Shown piece by piece: positions 1 to 11,292 of a DNA stretch of 64,000 nucleotides; positions within the stretch are counted from its first letter, which is position 1, and the number at the start of each line of letters is the position of its first letter. The stretch spans positions 288,001-352,000 of the forward strand of contig CAVPXI010000014.1 of the NCBI GenBank assembly GCA_963709585.1. The letters are read 5' to 3'. Source of the DNA: Candidatus Dormiibacterota bacterium (GTDB taxonomy: Bacteria; Chloroflexota; Dormibacteria; Aeolococcales; Aeolococcaceae). Under the pieces are notes generated by a model. It was given only the letters and a program-made list of their open reading frames with translations. It was not told where the DNA came from and did no database searches. The translations under genes and the position numbers were made by a program.

Positions 1-589
1 CGACCGGCACGCCGAGCGCACCCGGGGGCGGTGCGCTCTCGTGGTCGAGGGTGTTCTCCTGAGCGGCCCACGCCGCGCGCGGCCGCACCCCGGGGTCGAG
101 GACTTCGCGTCCGGTCTGATCGGCGCCCGCGCCCACCGGGCTCGCCGGGCCCTGCGCCTGCGCGAAGCCGGGCCACAACTCGAGCAGCTCGGCTTTGGTG
201 ACAACGGTTCGCTCGCGGCGGTAATCGGCGAGCTCGAAACGCGGTCCGAGCGTGATCGCCTCGGTCGGGCATGCCTCGGCGCAGTAGCCGCAGTAGATGC
301 AGCGCATGAGGTTGATCTCGTAGCGCTCGGCGTACCGCTCGCCGGGTGAGATCGGCGCTTTCGGGTCGTTCTCGGCGGCGAGCACGTAGATGCACCCCAC
401 CGGACAGGCGGCGGCGCACAGCTCGCAGCCGATGCAGCGCTCGAGCCCGTTGTCGTACCGGTGGAGGATGTGCCGGCCGCGGTGTCGCGGCGATACCGGC
501 TTCTGCTCCTCGGGCCATTGAACCGTGATCGGGTGCGTCCCCATCTTCTTCAGCGTGAACGCGAGCCCCTTGGCTATCTCCTTGATCAT
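1..589 (-). CDS. nuoI: NADH-quinone oxidoreductase subunit I (runs off the left edge of the window)
   Basis: Manual translation from ATG at 589 gives MIKEIAKGLAFTLKKM...RCIGCELCAAACP...CIYCGYCAEACP, i.e. two 4Fe-4S motifs. Follows nuoH. Confidence 0.95.
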   Translation of the reverse strand, partial: MIKEIAKGLAFTLKKMGTHPITVQWPEEQKPVSPRHRGRHILHRYDNGLERCIGCELCAAACPVGCIYVLAAENDPKAPISPGERYAERYEINLMRCIYCGYCAEACPTEAITLGPRFELADYRRERTVVTKAELLELWPGFAQAQGPASPVGAGADQTGREVLDPGVRPRAAWAAQENTLDHESAPPPGALGVPV

Positions 590-608
590 CGCTGCACCCT
601 CGCCACGG

Positions 609-1619
609 CTATGCCCGGAGCGCGACGACCGCGCCGGTGACGACGATGTTGATCAGCCCGAGCGGCAGCAGCACCTTCCACCCGAAGTTCATGAGCCGGT
701 CGTAGCGGAGCCGCGGCAGCGTCCAGCGCACCCAGATCATCACGAAGAGGAGCACGAACACCTTGCCGAGGAACCAGATCGGGCCCGGGATCCAGTCGAA
801 GGGATGGAAGGGCAGGAGCGGCAGCCAGCCGCCGAGGAATAGCGCCGTGGCGATCGAACAGACGGTCACCATGTTGATGTACTCGCCGAGGAAGTAGAGA
901 CCGAATCGCATCGCCGAGTACTCAGTGTGGTACCCCGCGATGAGCTCCGTCTCCGCCTCGGGTAGGTCGAACGGCAAGCGGTTGGTCTCGGCGAACGCGG
1001 CGGTGAAATACAGGATGAACGCGAGCGGCTGGAGGACGATGAACCAGAGTCCCGACTGCGAGCCCACGATCTTCTCGAGGTCGAGCGAACCGGAGAGGAT
1101 GACGACACCGATGAGCGCGAACGAGACCGCCATCTCGTAGGAGATGAGCTGCGCCGACGAGCGCAGGCCGCCGAGCAGCGAGTACTTGCTGTTGGAGGCG
1201 AATCCACCGAGGAACAGCGAGTACACGCCGAGCGACGTGATCCCGAGGATGAAGAGCAGCCCGACGTTGATGTGGGCGATGTCCCAATGGAAGACGTGTC
1301 CAAACCAGCTGTTGGTGCCCCACGGAATCACCGCGTAGGCGAGCAGCGCAGCGCCGCCCGCGAGGCTCGGTCCGACCAGGTAGAGGACCTTGTCGCGCTG
1401 GGCGGGAGCGACGTTCTCCTTGAAGAACAGCTTCAAGCCGTCGGCGGCGGGCTGGAGCATCCCGAAGGGACCGACCCGGTTGGGACCGTAGCGAAGCTGA
1501 ATGCGCGCCGAGATCTTGCGCTCGGCCAGCGTCAGATACGCGAATGCGGTCAGCAGGAAGACGACCAGGACGCCGCTCTTGATGAGCAGGACCCACCAGA
1601 GATCGTCGGGCCCGATCAC
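609..1619 (-). CDS. nuoH: NADH-quinone oxidoreductase subunit H
   Basis: ERKI..RYGPNRVGPFG..QP.ADGLK and ETNRLPFDLPEAE motifs; hydrophobic. Confidence 0.97.
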   Translation of the reverse strand: MIGPDDLWWVLLIKSGVLVVFLLTAFAYLTLAERKISARIQLRYGPNRVGPFGMLQPAADGLKLFFKENVAPAQRDKVLYLVGPSLAGGAALLAYAVIPWGTNSWFGHVFHWDIAHINVGLLFILGITSLGVYSLFLGGFASNSKYSLLGGLRSSAQLISYEMAVSFALIGVVILSGSLDLEKIVGSQSGLWFIVLQPLAFILYFTAAFAETNRLPFDLPEAETELIAGYHTEYSAMRFGLYFLGEYINMVTVCSIATALFLGGWLPLLPFHPFDWIPGPIWFLGKVFVLLFVMIWVRWTLPRLRYDRLMNFGWKVLLPLGLINIVVTGAVVALRA

Positions 1620-3559
1620 GCGACTGCCTCGGCGGTGAAGAGCGCCCGTCCGCCGTTGCCCGCGCGCCCGTACGCGGGAAACTCCTCGCGCATCAGCCGG
1701 TTGACCGCAAGCGGATCACCCGATCCCCACCCGACGGCTCCCATCTCCCCGGCGAGGGTGGTCAGGACACGCGTCTCCACCGGGCTTGCGGTCGCCGGCG
1801 GCAGGCCGGCGCGGATCCGTTGCACCCGCCCTTCGAGATTGGTGACGCTCCCCGCCTTCTCGAAGATCGCGTGGCCGGGAAAGAGCACGGTGGCGTAGCG
1901 AGAGACGACACCCGGACGCGTGTCGAACGCCACCACGCAGGCGGCCTTGCGCACGGCGCGCTCGAGCAGCTCGCCGGCGGCTTCGAGTGCCGGGTTGGGT
2001 CCGAGGACGAGCAGACCGTGCATCTCCCCCGCGGCGAGACCCTCGAGGATCTGGCGGCCGTTCTTGCCCGGTTCCGCGATCGACGCATACGCCGGGCCGA
2101 CATTGGGGAGCAATCCGAGGTCCTTGGCGCCCCGCCCGTTCATGCCGCGCGTGATCGTGAGGCGGCGCACCGAACCGATCGCGGCGAGCGCGGTTGCCAG
2201 TTCGGCGGCATGCACGCGATTGGTCTCGTCGGCGATGAGACCGATCCGGGACGAGCCGGAGGCGGCGGCGACCGCGTCGGCTACCGCGACGTCGCTGCTC
2301 AGGCGGATCACGCGCGCACCCTTCTTTCGCTCGGCCTTGTACAGGCGAAGCGTGAGCACCGGTGCCTGCTCTTCCGGCTCGGTGCCGAGCACCACCAGCG
2401 CATCGCAATCCTCGATCTCGGCGATCGCGAGCCCGTGCTCGGCGGCCGAGAGCCCGTCGAACGGCTGGAGTTGATGGTCGACGTGCGGGGTGCCGATCAC
2501 CTGGCGGGCGATCCGCTCGAGCAGGAACAGCTCCTCGTTGGTGCTGGCGCTCGAGCCGAGCACCCCGATCGATGCGGGGCCGTACTCGTCAGCGATCTCG
2601 CGCAGCCGCCGCGCGGCCTGGGTGATCGCCTCGGGAACCGAGACGTCGCGCAACTCGTCGTCGCTGCGAACCACCGGACGGCGGACCCGGTCCGAGCTGT
2701 TCCAGCGATCGAAGCTGTAGCGACCGCGATCACAGAGCCACATGTCATCGACCATCGGGTTGTCGCGCGATGCGAAGCGGCGCACCTCGAAATCACGACT
2801 GTCAACGTTGATGTTGCATCCGTACGAGCATTCGGGACAGATGCTCGCGGTCCGCTGCAGGTCCCAGGGACGCGAGACAAAGCGGTACTTCCGGTGCGTG
2901 AGCGCGCCCACGGGACAGACCTCCGGAAGGTTGCCCTGAAACTTCGACTCCAGCTGCCGGTCGTCGAAGGTCGCGACCAGCGTGTCAACGCCGCGCTGCT
3001 GGAGGACGATCTCCTTCTCACCGGTGATCTCGTCGTAGTAGCGAACGCAGCGCCAGCACAGGATGCATCGCTCCTGGTCGAGTTCGATGTGCTCGGAGAG
3101 CGGCACGGCCTTCTTGAAGTGGACCTTCTCGGTGATCGGAAAACGCGAGATGCCCGGGCCGTAGCGGAAGGTGAAGTCCTGGAGGTCACACTCCCCGCCC
3201 CGGTCACACACCGGGCAATCGAGCGGGTGGTTGAGGAGGAGGAACTCGAGCATCCCCTCGCGGAGCTTGGTCACCTCAGGAAGGTCGGTACGCACGACCA
3301 TGCCGTCGCCGGCAACCGTCGCACATGCCGGCTGGGGCTTCGGAAACTTCTCGATGTTGACGAGGCACATCCGGCACACCGCGACCGGGTCCATCTTGGG
3401 GTGGGCACAGTAGATCGGGATGTGGATACCGGCCTCGGTGGCCGCGTCGAGCACCAGCGTTCCCTTGGGAACACGGAGCTGCCGTCCGTCGATGCTGATG
3501 CCGACGCGGCCGTCGTCCGGCTGCTCGGGCGGCGTTCCCGTCTCCGCCACCGCGGTCAC
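1616..3559 (-). CDS. nuoG: NADH-quinone oxidoreductase subunit G
   Basis: CRMCLV, HPLDCPVCDRGGECDLQ and CILCWRCVR Fe-S motifs; position in the operon. Confidence 0.95.
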   Translation of the reverse strand: MTAVAETGTPPEQPDDGRVGISIDGRQLRVPKGTLVLDAATEAGIHIPIYCAHPKMDPVAVCRMCLVNIEKFPKPQPACATVAGDGMVVRTDLPEVTKLREGMLEFLLLNHPLDCPVCDRGGECDLQDFTFRYGPGISRFPITEKVHFKKAVPLSEHIELDQERCILCWRCVRYYDEITGEKEIVLQQRGVDTLVATFDDRQLESKFQGNLPEVCPVGALTHRKYRFVSRPWDLQRTASICPECSYGCNINVDSRDFEVRRFASRDNPMVDDMWLCDRGRYSFDRWNSSDRVRRPVVRSDDELRDVSVPEAITQAARRLREIADEYGPASIGVLGSSASTNEELFLLERIARQVIGTPHVDHQLQPFDGLSAAEHGLAIAEIEDCDALVVLGTEPEEQAPVLTLRLYKAERKKGARVIRLSSDVAVADAVAAASGSSRIGLIADETNRVHAAELATALAAIGSVRRLTITRGMNGRGAKDLGLLPNVGPAYASIAEPGKNGRQILEGLAAGEMHGLLVLGPNPALEAAGELLERAVRKAACVVAFDTRPGVVSRYATVLFPGHAIFEKAGSVTNLEGRVQRIRAGLPPATASPVETRVLTTLAGEMGAVGWGSGDPLAVNRLMREEFPAYGRAGNGGRALFTAEAVA

Positions 3560-4846
3560 GCCACCAGAGCCGTGGCCTGCGCCCTCACCGGGCAGCGTCC
3601 GGCACCACAGTGCGCTTCGAACTCGTCGCGGAAGTACTTGTATGCCGACATCACGAACCAGGTGGCGGTGTCACCGAGCGGACAGAAGCAGCGGCCGTCC
3701 ATGTTCGAGCAGATGTCCGCAAGGCTGGCGAGCTCCGCCCGTGTCGCCTGACCGGATTCGAGCCGGTGCATCAGCTCGGATTCGAAATAGGTCCCCTCCC
3801 GGCAGGGCACGCATTTGCCGCACGAACTCGTGGCGATAGAAGTCGACCAGTCGCATCGACACGTCGACGAGGCAGGTGCTTTCGTCCATGAAGATCATCG
3901 CGCCCGCGCCAAGCGACGACCCCGCCTCCTGGACGGCGTTCATGTCGAGGGGCAGATCGACGTGCTCGGGGAGGAGCACCTGCATGGATCCTCCACCCGG
4001 CTGGAACGCCTTGAGCGTCCGGCCGTGCCACATGCCGCCGCATTCTTCGTCGAGGAGCTGGCGGATCGGCGTGCCGAGCAGCATCTCGTAGTTTCCCGGG
4101 CGATTGATGTGGCCACTGCAGCAGAACACCCTGGTCCCCGCGCTCTTCTCGGTGCCGAGTGACTTGAACCAGTCGCCACCGCGCTGCACGATGTGGGGCA
4201 TGTTGCACAACGTCTCGACGTTGTTCACCACGGTCGGCTGCCCGTAGAGGCCCTTGATCGCGGGGAACGGTGGTTTGAGCCGCGGCTGGCCTCGAAGACC
4301 CTCCAGCGATTCGATCAGCGCCGTCTCCTCGCCGCAGATGTAGGCACCCGCGCCGCCGTGCACGATGACGTCGCAATCGAAACCGCTGCCGAGGATGTTC
4401 CTGCCGATGTACCCCGCCGCGCGCGCCTCCTCGACGGCCCGCTCGAGGAGGAGTCGCTGGTCGTAGTACTCACCCCTGATGTAGATGAACGATATGTTCA
4501 CCTGGAGTGCGTACGACGCGATCAACAATCCCTCGATGAGTTGATGCGGGCTCTCGTCGATGAGGTACCGGTCCTTGAAGCACCCCGGCTCCAACTCGTC
4601 GGCGTTGCAGCAGAGGTAGCGCGGAAACACGTCCTTCGGCAGGAAGGACCACTTCATCCCGGTCGGGAATCCCGCCCCTCCCCGACCGCGGATATTGCTC
4701 GTCTTCACCTCGGCAACCAGCGCCTCGGGCGTGAACTTCTTGAACGCATCACGAAGCGCCTGATATCCGCCAACCCCCTCGTACCCCTTGAGCGTCTGAA
4801 GCGCCTCCGCGCCGAAATCCTTGGTGAGCAGCTTGTACTCAGCCAT
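3556..4846 (-). CDS. nuoF: NADH-quinone oxidoreductase subunit F, with a +1 frameshift near 3827
   Basis: GRGGAGFPTG and GAGAYICGEETAL motifs. HESCGKCVPCREG is restored by removing one T from GAGTTCGTGC. Confidence 0.93.
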
Positions 4847-4893
4847 CGGCGCTCGCATGGTCCAGTGCGGATCTACCCATTGGCCGCTGCATC

Positions 4894-5631
4894 CTACTGA
4901 CCAGCCTTACCGCGACGCTGCGTGCGCTTCCTGACGTCCGGGGGTGTCGCTTCCGTGCTCGTCGCTTCAGGCGCCCCAGCGGGAGGCTCGGTGGTCGCGG
5001 GTCCTGTCGTCGCGGGGCCCCTCGCCGCCGCGCGGCCGGGTCTCCTTTCGGAGTCGGCTTTGCTGGAGGGTGACGCATCCTCGGAGCCCGGCCGCGCGGC
5101 GGCGCTGCCCCCCGCGACGCCACCCGCCTTCACCGCTTGCTCCTCGTGGGGCGCCGGCGCCTCTCTCAGGGCTCCGAGGATCTGGTCCACCCGGTCCGGG
5201 GTCAGGTTCTCGGCGAAGTGGTGGTCGACTTGCATGGTTGGGGCGCCGCCGCATCCGCCGAGGCACTCGACGGTGCTCGACCAGGTGAATGCGCCGTCGG
5301 CGGTGGTCTCGCCGGACGGGCAGCCGAGGGTGCGTTCGAGGTGGTCGACGATGCCCTCGGCGCCGCGGAGGGCGCAGGAGACGTTGATGCAGACGATGAC
5401 TTCGTGGCGACCGTGCGGGTGCTGGAAGTACATCGAGTAGAAGGTCGAGACCCCCTCGACTTCGCTGGGGGCGACCTGCAGGATGCCGGCGATCTCGGTC
5501 ATCGCGTCCGGCGTGATCAGCCCGCGCTCGTGCTGCACCGCCCACAGCGCTGGGAGGATCGCGCTGCGCGCAAGTGGGTAGCGATCGCGGGCATGCTCGA
5601 TGGCGGTCCGCGTCTCCGCCTGCAGGGTCAC
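4894..5631 (-). CDS. nuoE: NADH-quinone oxidoreductase subunit E with a low-complexity C-terminal tail
   Basis: STFYSMY, CINVSC and ECLGGC 2Fe-2S ligands. Confidence 0.94.
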   Translation of the reverse strand: MTLQAETRTAIEHARDRYPLARSAILPALWAVQHERGLITPDAMTEIAGILQVAPSEVEGVSTFYSMYFQHPHGRHEVIVCINVSCALRGAEGIVDHLERTLGCPSGETTADGAFTWSSTVECLGGCGGAPTMQVDHHFAENLTPDRVDQILGALREAPAPHEEQAVKAGGVAGGSAAARPGSEDASPSSKADSERRPGRAAARGPATTGPATTEPPAGAPEATSTEATPPDVRKRTQRRGKAGQ

Positions 5632-5668
5632 GCGCGGGGCCCGCGAAATCGCCGTGGCCTGGCGTAGG

Positions 5669-6961
5669 TCATCGGTCGACGTCCCCGAGCACGATGTCGA
5701 TCGAGCCGATCACGGCCACCACGTCGGCGATCAGCTCGCCCCTGACCATGTGGGGGAGCGCACTGAGATTGCTGAACGATGGGGCGCGAACCTTGCATCG
5801 GTACGGCCGGTTGGTCCCGTCGCTCACCAGGTAGAAGCCCAGCTCGCCTCGTGGCGATTCGATCGCCTGGTAGACCTGACCGGCGGGGACGCGCATCCCC
5901 TCGGTCACGAGCTTGAAGTGATGGATGAGCAACTCCATGCTGGTGTTGAGCTCATTGCGTGGCGGAAGCGCGACCCGCCGGTCGGTGGTGTTCACGGGAC
6001 CGTCGGGAAGGTTCTCGAATGCCTGGGTGATGATCTTCAAGGACTCGCGCATCTCCTGCATGCGCACGAGATAGCGGTCGTAGACATCCCCGGTGCGGCC
6101 GATCGGAACGTCGAAATCGAAGTGGTCGTAAGAGCTGTACGGCTGTGCCTTGCGCAGGTCGTAGGCCACGCCACTGCCGCGGAGCACGGGACCGGTGGCG
6201 CCGTACGCCATCGCGTCCTCGGGGCTCAGCCGCCCCAGGCCCACGGTCCGCTGGCGCCAGATCGGGTTCTTGGTGATCAGCAGCTCGTGTTCGTCGATGA
6301 GCTTGGGAAACGTCTTGATGACCGCCCCGACCATCTCGTAGAAGGGATCGGGGACGTCCGCGAGCAGACCGCCGACCCGGATGAACGACGTGTGCATGCG
6401 CACGCCGCTGACCAGCTCGTTGATGTCGAGGAGCTTTTCTCGATCGCGCCATGCGTACACGAAAGCCGTGGTGGCTCCGAGGTCGAGCGCGCTGGTGCCG
6501 TACCAGAGGAGATGGCTGGCGAGTCGGCAGAGCTCGCACATGATCACGCGCAGGTACTGCCCGCGCAGCGGCACCTCGATGCCGAGCAGACGCTCGACTG
6601 CCAACGAGAAGCCGAGATTGTTGAAGAGGGGCGACAGGTAGTCCATCCGGTCCGTGTACGGGATGCACTGCTGATAGGTGTGGCGCTCGAAGTCCTTCTC
6701 GAACCCGGTATGGAGGTAACCGATGTCGGGACGGCACTCGCGCACCACCTCGCCGTCGAGGTTGAGCACCAAGCGAAGCACCCCGTGCGTCGAGGGGTGC
6801 ATCGGCCCCATGTTCAATTCCATGGTGCTGTCGCCGATCTCGACGAGATCGATCGCATCGAGGCCGGGTTCGATGCCGAGCCGCTCGCGGCCGGCTTCGT
6901 ACTGCTCGCTGAGCGGGTCGAGCGGCGCCGTCGGTGTCCCCCGAGGCGGCAGCGCGGTCAT
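5669..6961 (-). CDS. nuoD: NADH-quinone oxidoreductase subunit D
   Basis: NMGPMHPSTHGVLRL, GYLHTGFEK and a C-terminal DIVLGDVDR. Confidence 0.96.
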   Translation of the reverse strand: MTALPPRGTPTAPLDPLSEQYEAGRERLGIEPGLDAIDLVEIGDSTMELNMGPMHPSTHGVLRLVLNLDGEVVRECRPDIGYLHTGFEKDFERHTYQQCIPYTDRMDYLSPLFNNLGFSLAVERLLGIEVPLRGQYLRVIMCELCRLASHLLWYGTSALDLGATTAFVYAWRDREKLLDINELVSGVRMHTSFIRVGGLLADVPDPFYEMVGAVIKTFPKLIDEHELLITKNPIWRQRTVGLGRLSPEDAMAYGATGPVLRGSGVAYDLRKAQPYSSYDHFDFDVPIGRTGDVYDRYLVRMQEMRESLKIITQAFENLPDGPVNTTDRRVALPPRNELNTSMELLIHHFKLVTEGMRVPAGQVYQAIESPRGELGFYLVSDGTNRPYRCKVRAPSFSNLSALPHMVRGELIADVVAVIGSIDIVLGDVDR

Positions 6962-7524
6962 CGCGACCCTCCGGGCATGTCCCGCGGCCGCTCCTGCGCA
7001 GGCAGGGCCCACTCGAGGTTGTGCGTGAACGCGATCGGCTCGCCGAAGGATGCGTAGTCCTTGCGGAGTGGGTGACCGTCCCAGTCGGTGGGCAGCAGGA
7101 TCCGCTTCAGGTCGTGATGGCCGATGAACGTGATGCCGAGGAGGTCGAAGCACTCGCGCTCGTGCCAGTCCATGCCGGCGAAGACGCCCTCGAGCGTCGG
7201 CACGTTGGGATCGTCCTCGGTGAGCTGCACGATCAGCCGGCAGACATCGTTGTACTGCAGTGACCGGAGCATGTAGACCATGTCAAAGCGTGGTTCGGCG
7301 GGCTCGCGATCGGGCCAGTCCACCGCGGTGACGAAGACGGGCGTCGTGTAGGCCGCGTCCGGATGGTCGCGCAGCAACGTGCAGACACCGACCAGGTCGG
7401 CACGATCGATCCAGACCGTCACCTCGCCGAATCCGGCGTCGCGACGGCGCACCGCGGTCGGAAGCTCCCGCTCGAGGAGGTCCGCTGCCCGCGCGCCGCT
7501 CATGGGCGATCCCACGGCGGTCAC
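6958..7524 (-). CDS. nuoC: NADH-quinone oxidoreductase subunit C
   Basis: WHERECFDLLGITF.GH and GHPLRKDY motifs. Confidence 0.95.
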   Translation of the reverse strand: MTAVGSPMSGARAADLLERELPTAVRRRDAGFGEVTVWIDRADLVGVCTLLRDHPDAAYTTPVFVTAVDWPDREPAEPRFDMVYMLRSLQYNDVCRLIVQLTEDDPNVPTLEGVFAGMDWHERECFDLLGITFIGHHDLKRILLPTDWDGHPLRKDYASFGEPIAFTHNLEWALPAQERPRDMPGGSR

Positions 7525-7528
7525 GGCA

Positions 7529-8110
7529 TTACCCGAGCAGCGAGCCGGGGAGCTCCCCGGCGATCTTCTGCTGCAGCTTCATGACCGCGTCCAGCAGCCC
7601 CTCGGGGCGGGGTGGACAGCCGGGGATGTAGACGTCGACCGGAACCACCTTGTCGACGCCCTGCACGATCGCGTAGTTGTTGAACATGCCCCCGCTGGAG
7701 GCGCACGCGCCCATGCTGATCACCCACTTGGGCTCCGGCATCTGGTCGTAGATGTGCCGAAGGACGGGCGCCATCTTCTGCGAGACCCGACCGGCGACGA
7801 TCATCAGGTCGGACTGGCGCGGTGACGCCCGGAAGACCTCACACCCGAAGCGCGACATGTCATAGCGCGCGGCGCCGGTGGCCATCATCTCGATCGCGCA
7901 GCAGGCGAGCCCGAAGAGTGCCGGCCACAGCGAGCTGTACCGACCCCACTGGATCACCTTGCCCAGCGTGGTCGTGACGAACCCGCTCTGCAGCGCGGTA
8001 CGTTCGGCTGCCCCGGTTTGGGGGAGGGCGATGGTTCCGGCGTCCGCGTCCGCAAGCAAGATGCTCCGGCCCCCGGTGCGCGGAACGATCAGCTCGTTGT
8101 TCAATCCCAT
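7529..8110 (-). CDS. nuoB: NADH-quinone oxidoreductase subunit B
   Basis: [10 protein letters not shown] and [13 protein letters not shown] motifs. Confidence 0.96.
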   Translation of the reverse strand: MGLNNELIVPRTGGRSILLADADAGTIALPQTGAAERTALQSGFVTTTLGKVIQWGRYSSLWPALFGLACCAIEMMATGAARYDMSRFGCEVFRASPRQSDLMIVAGRVSQKMAPVLRHIYDQMPEPKWVISMGACASSGGMFNNYAIVQGVDKVVPVDVYIPGCPPRPEGLLDAVMKLQQKIAGELPGSLLG

Positions 8111-8457
8111 CGGAGCGCCCCCTTGCGCCAGACGTACAGCAATCCCACCAGCAGCGTCGCGATGAAGATTCCCATCTCGACGATGCCGAAGACCTTGAGC
8201 TCTCGGACGATCGTCGCCCACGGGAAGAGGAAGATCGATTCGACGTCGAAGATGATGAAGAGCATCGCGGTGACGTAGAAACTCACCGAGAAGCGGCGCC
8301 GTGCGCTCTCCCTCGGGACCATGCCGAACTCATAAGGAAGGTCCTTGGTCGGCGAGGGACGCTTTGGACCGAGCACCGCGTTGAGCAGCTGTGCGAAGAC
8401 AGCAAACGCCGCGCAGATGCCGAAGAAGAAGAGGATCGGCGCGTAGCCCGACAGCAT
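8101..8457 (-). CDS. nuoA: NADH-quinone oxidoreductase subunit A
   Basis: PYEFG, FIIFDVE and WRKGALRWD motifs. Confidence 0.95.
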   Translation of the reverse strand: MLSGYAPILFFFGICAAFAVFAQLLNAVLGPKRPSPTKDLPYEFGMVPRESARRRFSVSFYVTAMLFIIFDVESIFLFPWATIVRELKVFGIVEMGIFIATLLVGLLYVWRKGALRWD

Positions 8458-8627
8458 CGCGGCCGATCGTAACAAACGATCCGCGATTGACGAAGTCGCC
8501 TTCGCCCCGCTCGCACGGCGTTCGGCGACCCCGGCGCGACCATCGAGGCGAGGCGCGTCGATCGTCTCGAACACCCCCGCGACGAGATCCCATGGGTCCC
8601 TGGGGCGACTTTAGTAGGCTTCGGCTC

Positions 8628-11292
8628 GTGACTGTGACCGCTCTCGACCGACCGCCTCTCCAGGACAATCTCACCGAATCGGACGCCAAGGCTCGTGCCG
8701 CACTACTGTCCAATCTCTCGTACGAGGTTTCGCTGGTGCTCAGCGACGACCCGGCGGTCAAGACCTTCCAGAGCGCGACGACGATCCTCTTCGACGCTGC
8801 GCACGAGGGATCGGAAACCTTCATCAATATCGCGGCACAATCGATCGACGAGTGCACCCTGAACGGCAAGCGCCTCACCGAGGCGCAGCACAGGTTCAAC
8901 GGCAATGTCCTGTGGCTTAGCGGTCTTCGCGCCGGCTCCAACCGGCTGTCGGTGACCGCGCAGTGCGAATACCAGCACACCGGCGTCGGCATGCACAGGC
9001 TCCGCGACCCGGTGGACGACGAGGTATACGTGTACACCCACTTCGAGCCCTTCGATGCGCACAAGGTCCTGGCGTGCTTCGATCAGCCGGACCTCAAGGC
9101 CGGCGTGACCATGAGCGTGACCGCCCCGAGCGCGTGGCGGGTCTGCGGGAACGGCCGCGTCCTGCGCATCGAGCCTCGCGGTGACTTGAAGACCTGGCAC
9201 TTCAACACGACGCCTCCGCTCCCGCCCTACCTCATCGCCGTCGTCGCCGGCAAGTACCACACGGTCGAGCGCAAGCACCGCGACATCCCGATGGCGTTGT
9301 GGTGTCGCGAGTCACTTGCCACCTGGGTCGACGCCCAGGCGGATGAGATCTTCGAGATCACGGCCGCCGGGCTCGATTTCTTCGAGAAGTACTTCGGGCT
9401 GACCTATCCGTTCGACGAGTACAACCAGTTGTTCGTGCCCGAATTCAACATGGGCGCCATGGAGAATCCGGGCTGCGTCACCTTCAACGAGGCGTACATC
9501 CACCGCGGTCAGGCGAGCGAGGCCCAGCTCCAGCGGCGGGCGGAGACGATCCTCCACGAGATGGCGCACGTCCATGGTTTCGGCGACGTCACCACGATGC
9601 GCTGGTGGGGCGACCTGTGGCTCAACGAGACGTTCGCGACGTACATGGCGAACCTCGCGATGGAGAAGTCGACCCGCTTCACGAACGCGTGGGTCGACTT
9701 TGCCAACAGCGTCAAAGCGATCGCGGCGCGCCAGGACCAGCTGGTCACCACCCATCAGATCGCCGACCACGTTCCCGACACCGTTTCGGTGCGCCAGAAC
9801 TTCGACGGGATCACCTACCACAAGGGCGCGTCGGTGATGCGCCAGCTTGTGGCGTGGGTCGGCGACGACGCGTTCAAGCGCGGCGTGCAGGACTATTTCA
9901 AGCGGTACCGCTGGGGCAACGCGGACCTGCAGGAATTCCTGGACTGCCTGCGGCGCGCGTCGGGTCGCGACCTGACGCGCTGGGGCCAGGACTGGCTGCA
10001 GACCACCGGGTTGAACACATTTCATGCTCTCCTCGCGGAGCAGAACGGCAGGTACACCGCCTTCGCGGTCGAGCAGACCGCCCTCCCGGAGCATCCAACG
10101 TTGCGCGCCCACCGCGCCGGCGTCGGCCTCTACGACCGCGACGCGAAAGGGGTCGTGCGCCTCCGCCGCCATATCGAGATCGACCTCACCGGAGCGATCA
10201 CCCCGATCACCGAGTTCATCGGTGAGCGCGTCTGCGATTTCGTGCTCCTCAATGACGGTGACCTCACCTTCGCCAAGCTTCGGTTTGACCCCCGTTCGCT
10301 GCAAACGCTCAAGACCGACCTGTCCAACCTTGCGGACCCGCTTGCGAGGGCTCTGTGCTGGGCAGCGCTCTGGGACCTCACGCGCGACTGTGAGATGCCG
10401 ACTCGCGAGTTCGTCGAGCTCGTCGCTCGCCACGCGCCGACGGAGAAGGACCCGCTGCTCGTTGAGCGGGTCACCAGTCAGGCACGTTCGGCGATCGACC
10501 TCTACGGGGATCAGGACAACCGCACCCTGGCCCGGGAGCTGCTGCACCAGGTGGCCGTCGAGCAGGCGAACAGCCACACGCTGTCCATCGAATTGCGGCT
10601 CATCTGGGCACGCATCCTGATCGCCACCGCCGCCTCTGAAGACTCGCTCCGGAGAGTGGCGGCCATGCTCGACGGCAGCGAAAGCATTCCCGGCATCGAC
10701 GTGGATACCGATCTCCGCTGGCTGATCCTGGGCCAGCTCTCCGAGGAGGGGCACGCGGACGCCGCTCTGATCCAGGCGACCATGGCCGCGGACCCGAGCG
10801 ACATCGGACGGCGTCGGGGCACCGCCTGCCTCGCGGCCCGGCCGACCGCGACCGCCAAGGAAGAGGCGTGGCGGCGCGTCGCCGAACTCGAGCGCGCCGA
10901 TGCCGAAGGCCTGGAAGGGCGCGACCGACGGGGAGCTCTCCGTCGCCTCGATGGCGGCGATCCTTCGTGGCTTCTACATCGGATCGGTCGGTGTCGGCGG
11001 CATGATGGCCCACGGACCGAGACCCGAGCTGCTCCGGCCGTACGTCAAGCGCTACTTCGACGCGCTTCCCGCGATGTGGGCGGAGCGCACCATCGACGAA
11101 GCCGAGATCTTCACCGAGTGCCTCTACCCCAACTATCTCGTCGACGACCAGGTGATCGCGGCCATCGACCGCGCCCTCGAAGAGGGCGATCTCCCTGGTC
11201 CGGCGGTGCGCATCCTGCGCGAAGGCCGTGACGGGTCGTTGCGGGCTCAACGCGCCCGCGAAGTGGATCGAGCGGCCGGCGCCGCTAGCTAG
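8628..11292 (+). CDS. pepN: Aminopeptidase N (M1 family), with a frameshift near 10890
   Basis: GAMENPG and HEMAH..(x18)..E motifs. The C-terminus continues in ORF 10900..11292. Confidence 0.92.

Noticed and set aside
1820-3751. Long antisense or alternate-frame ORFs (e.g. 1820..3751 +, 5600..7057 +, 25093..27474 +)
   Set aside because: Shadow ORFs of high-GC genes; no motifs, and they overlap confident genes.
3820-3835. Programmed frameshift in nuoF
   Set aside because: No slippery sequence; fits the window-wide indel pattern.
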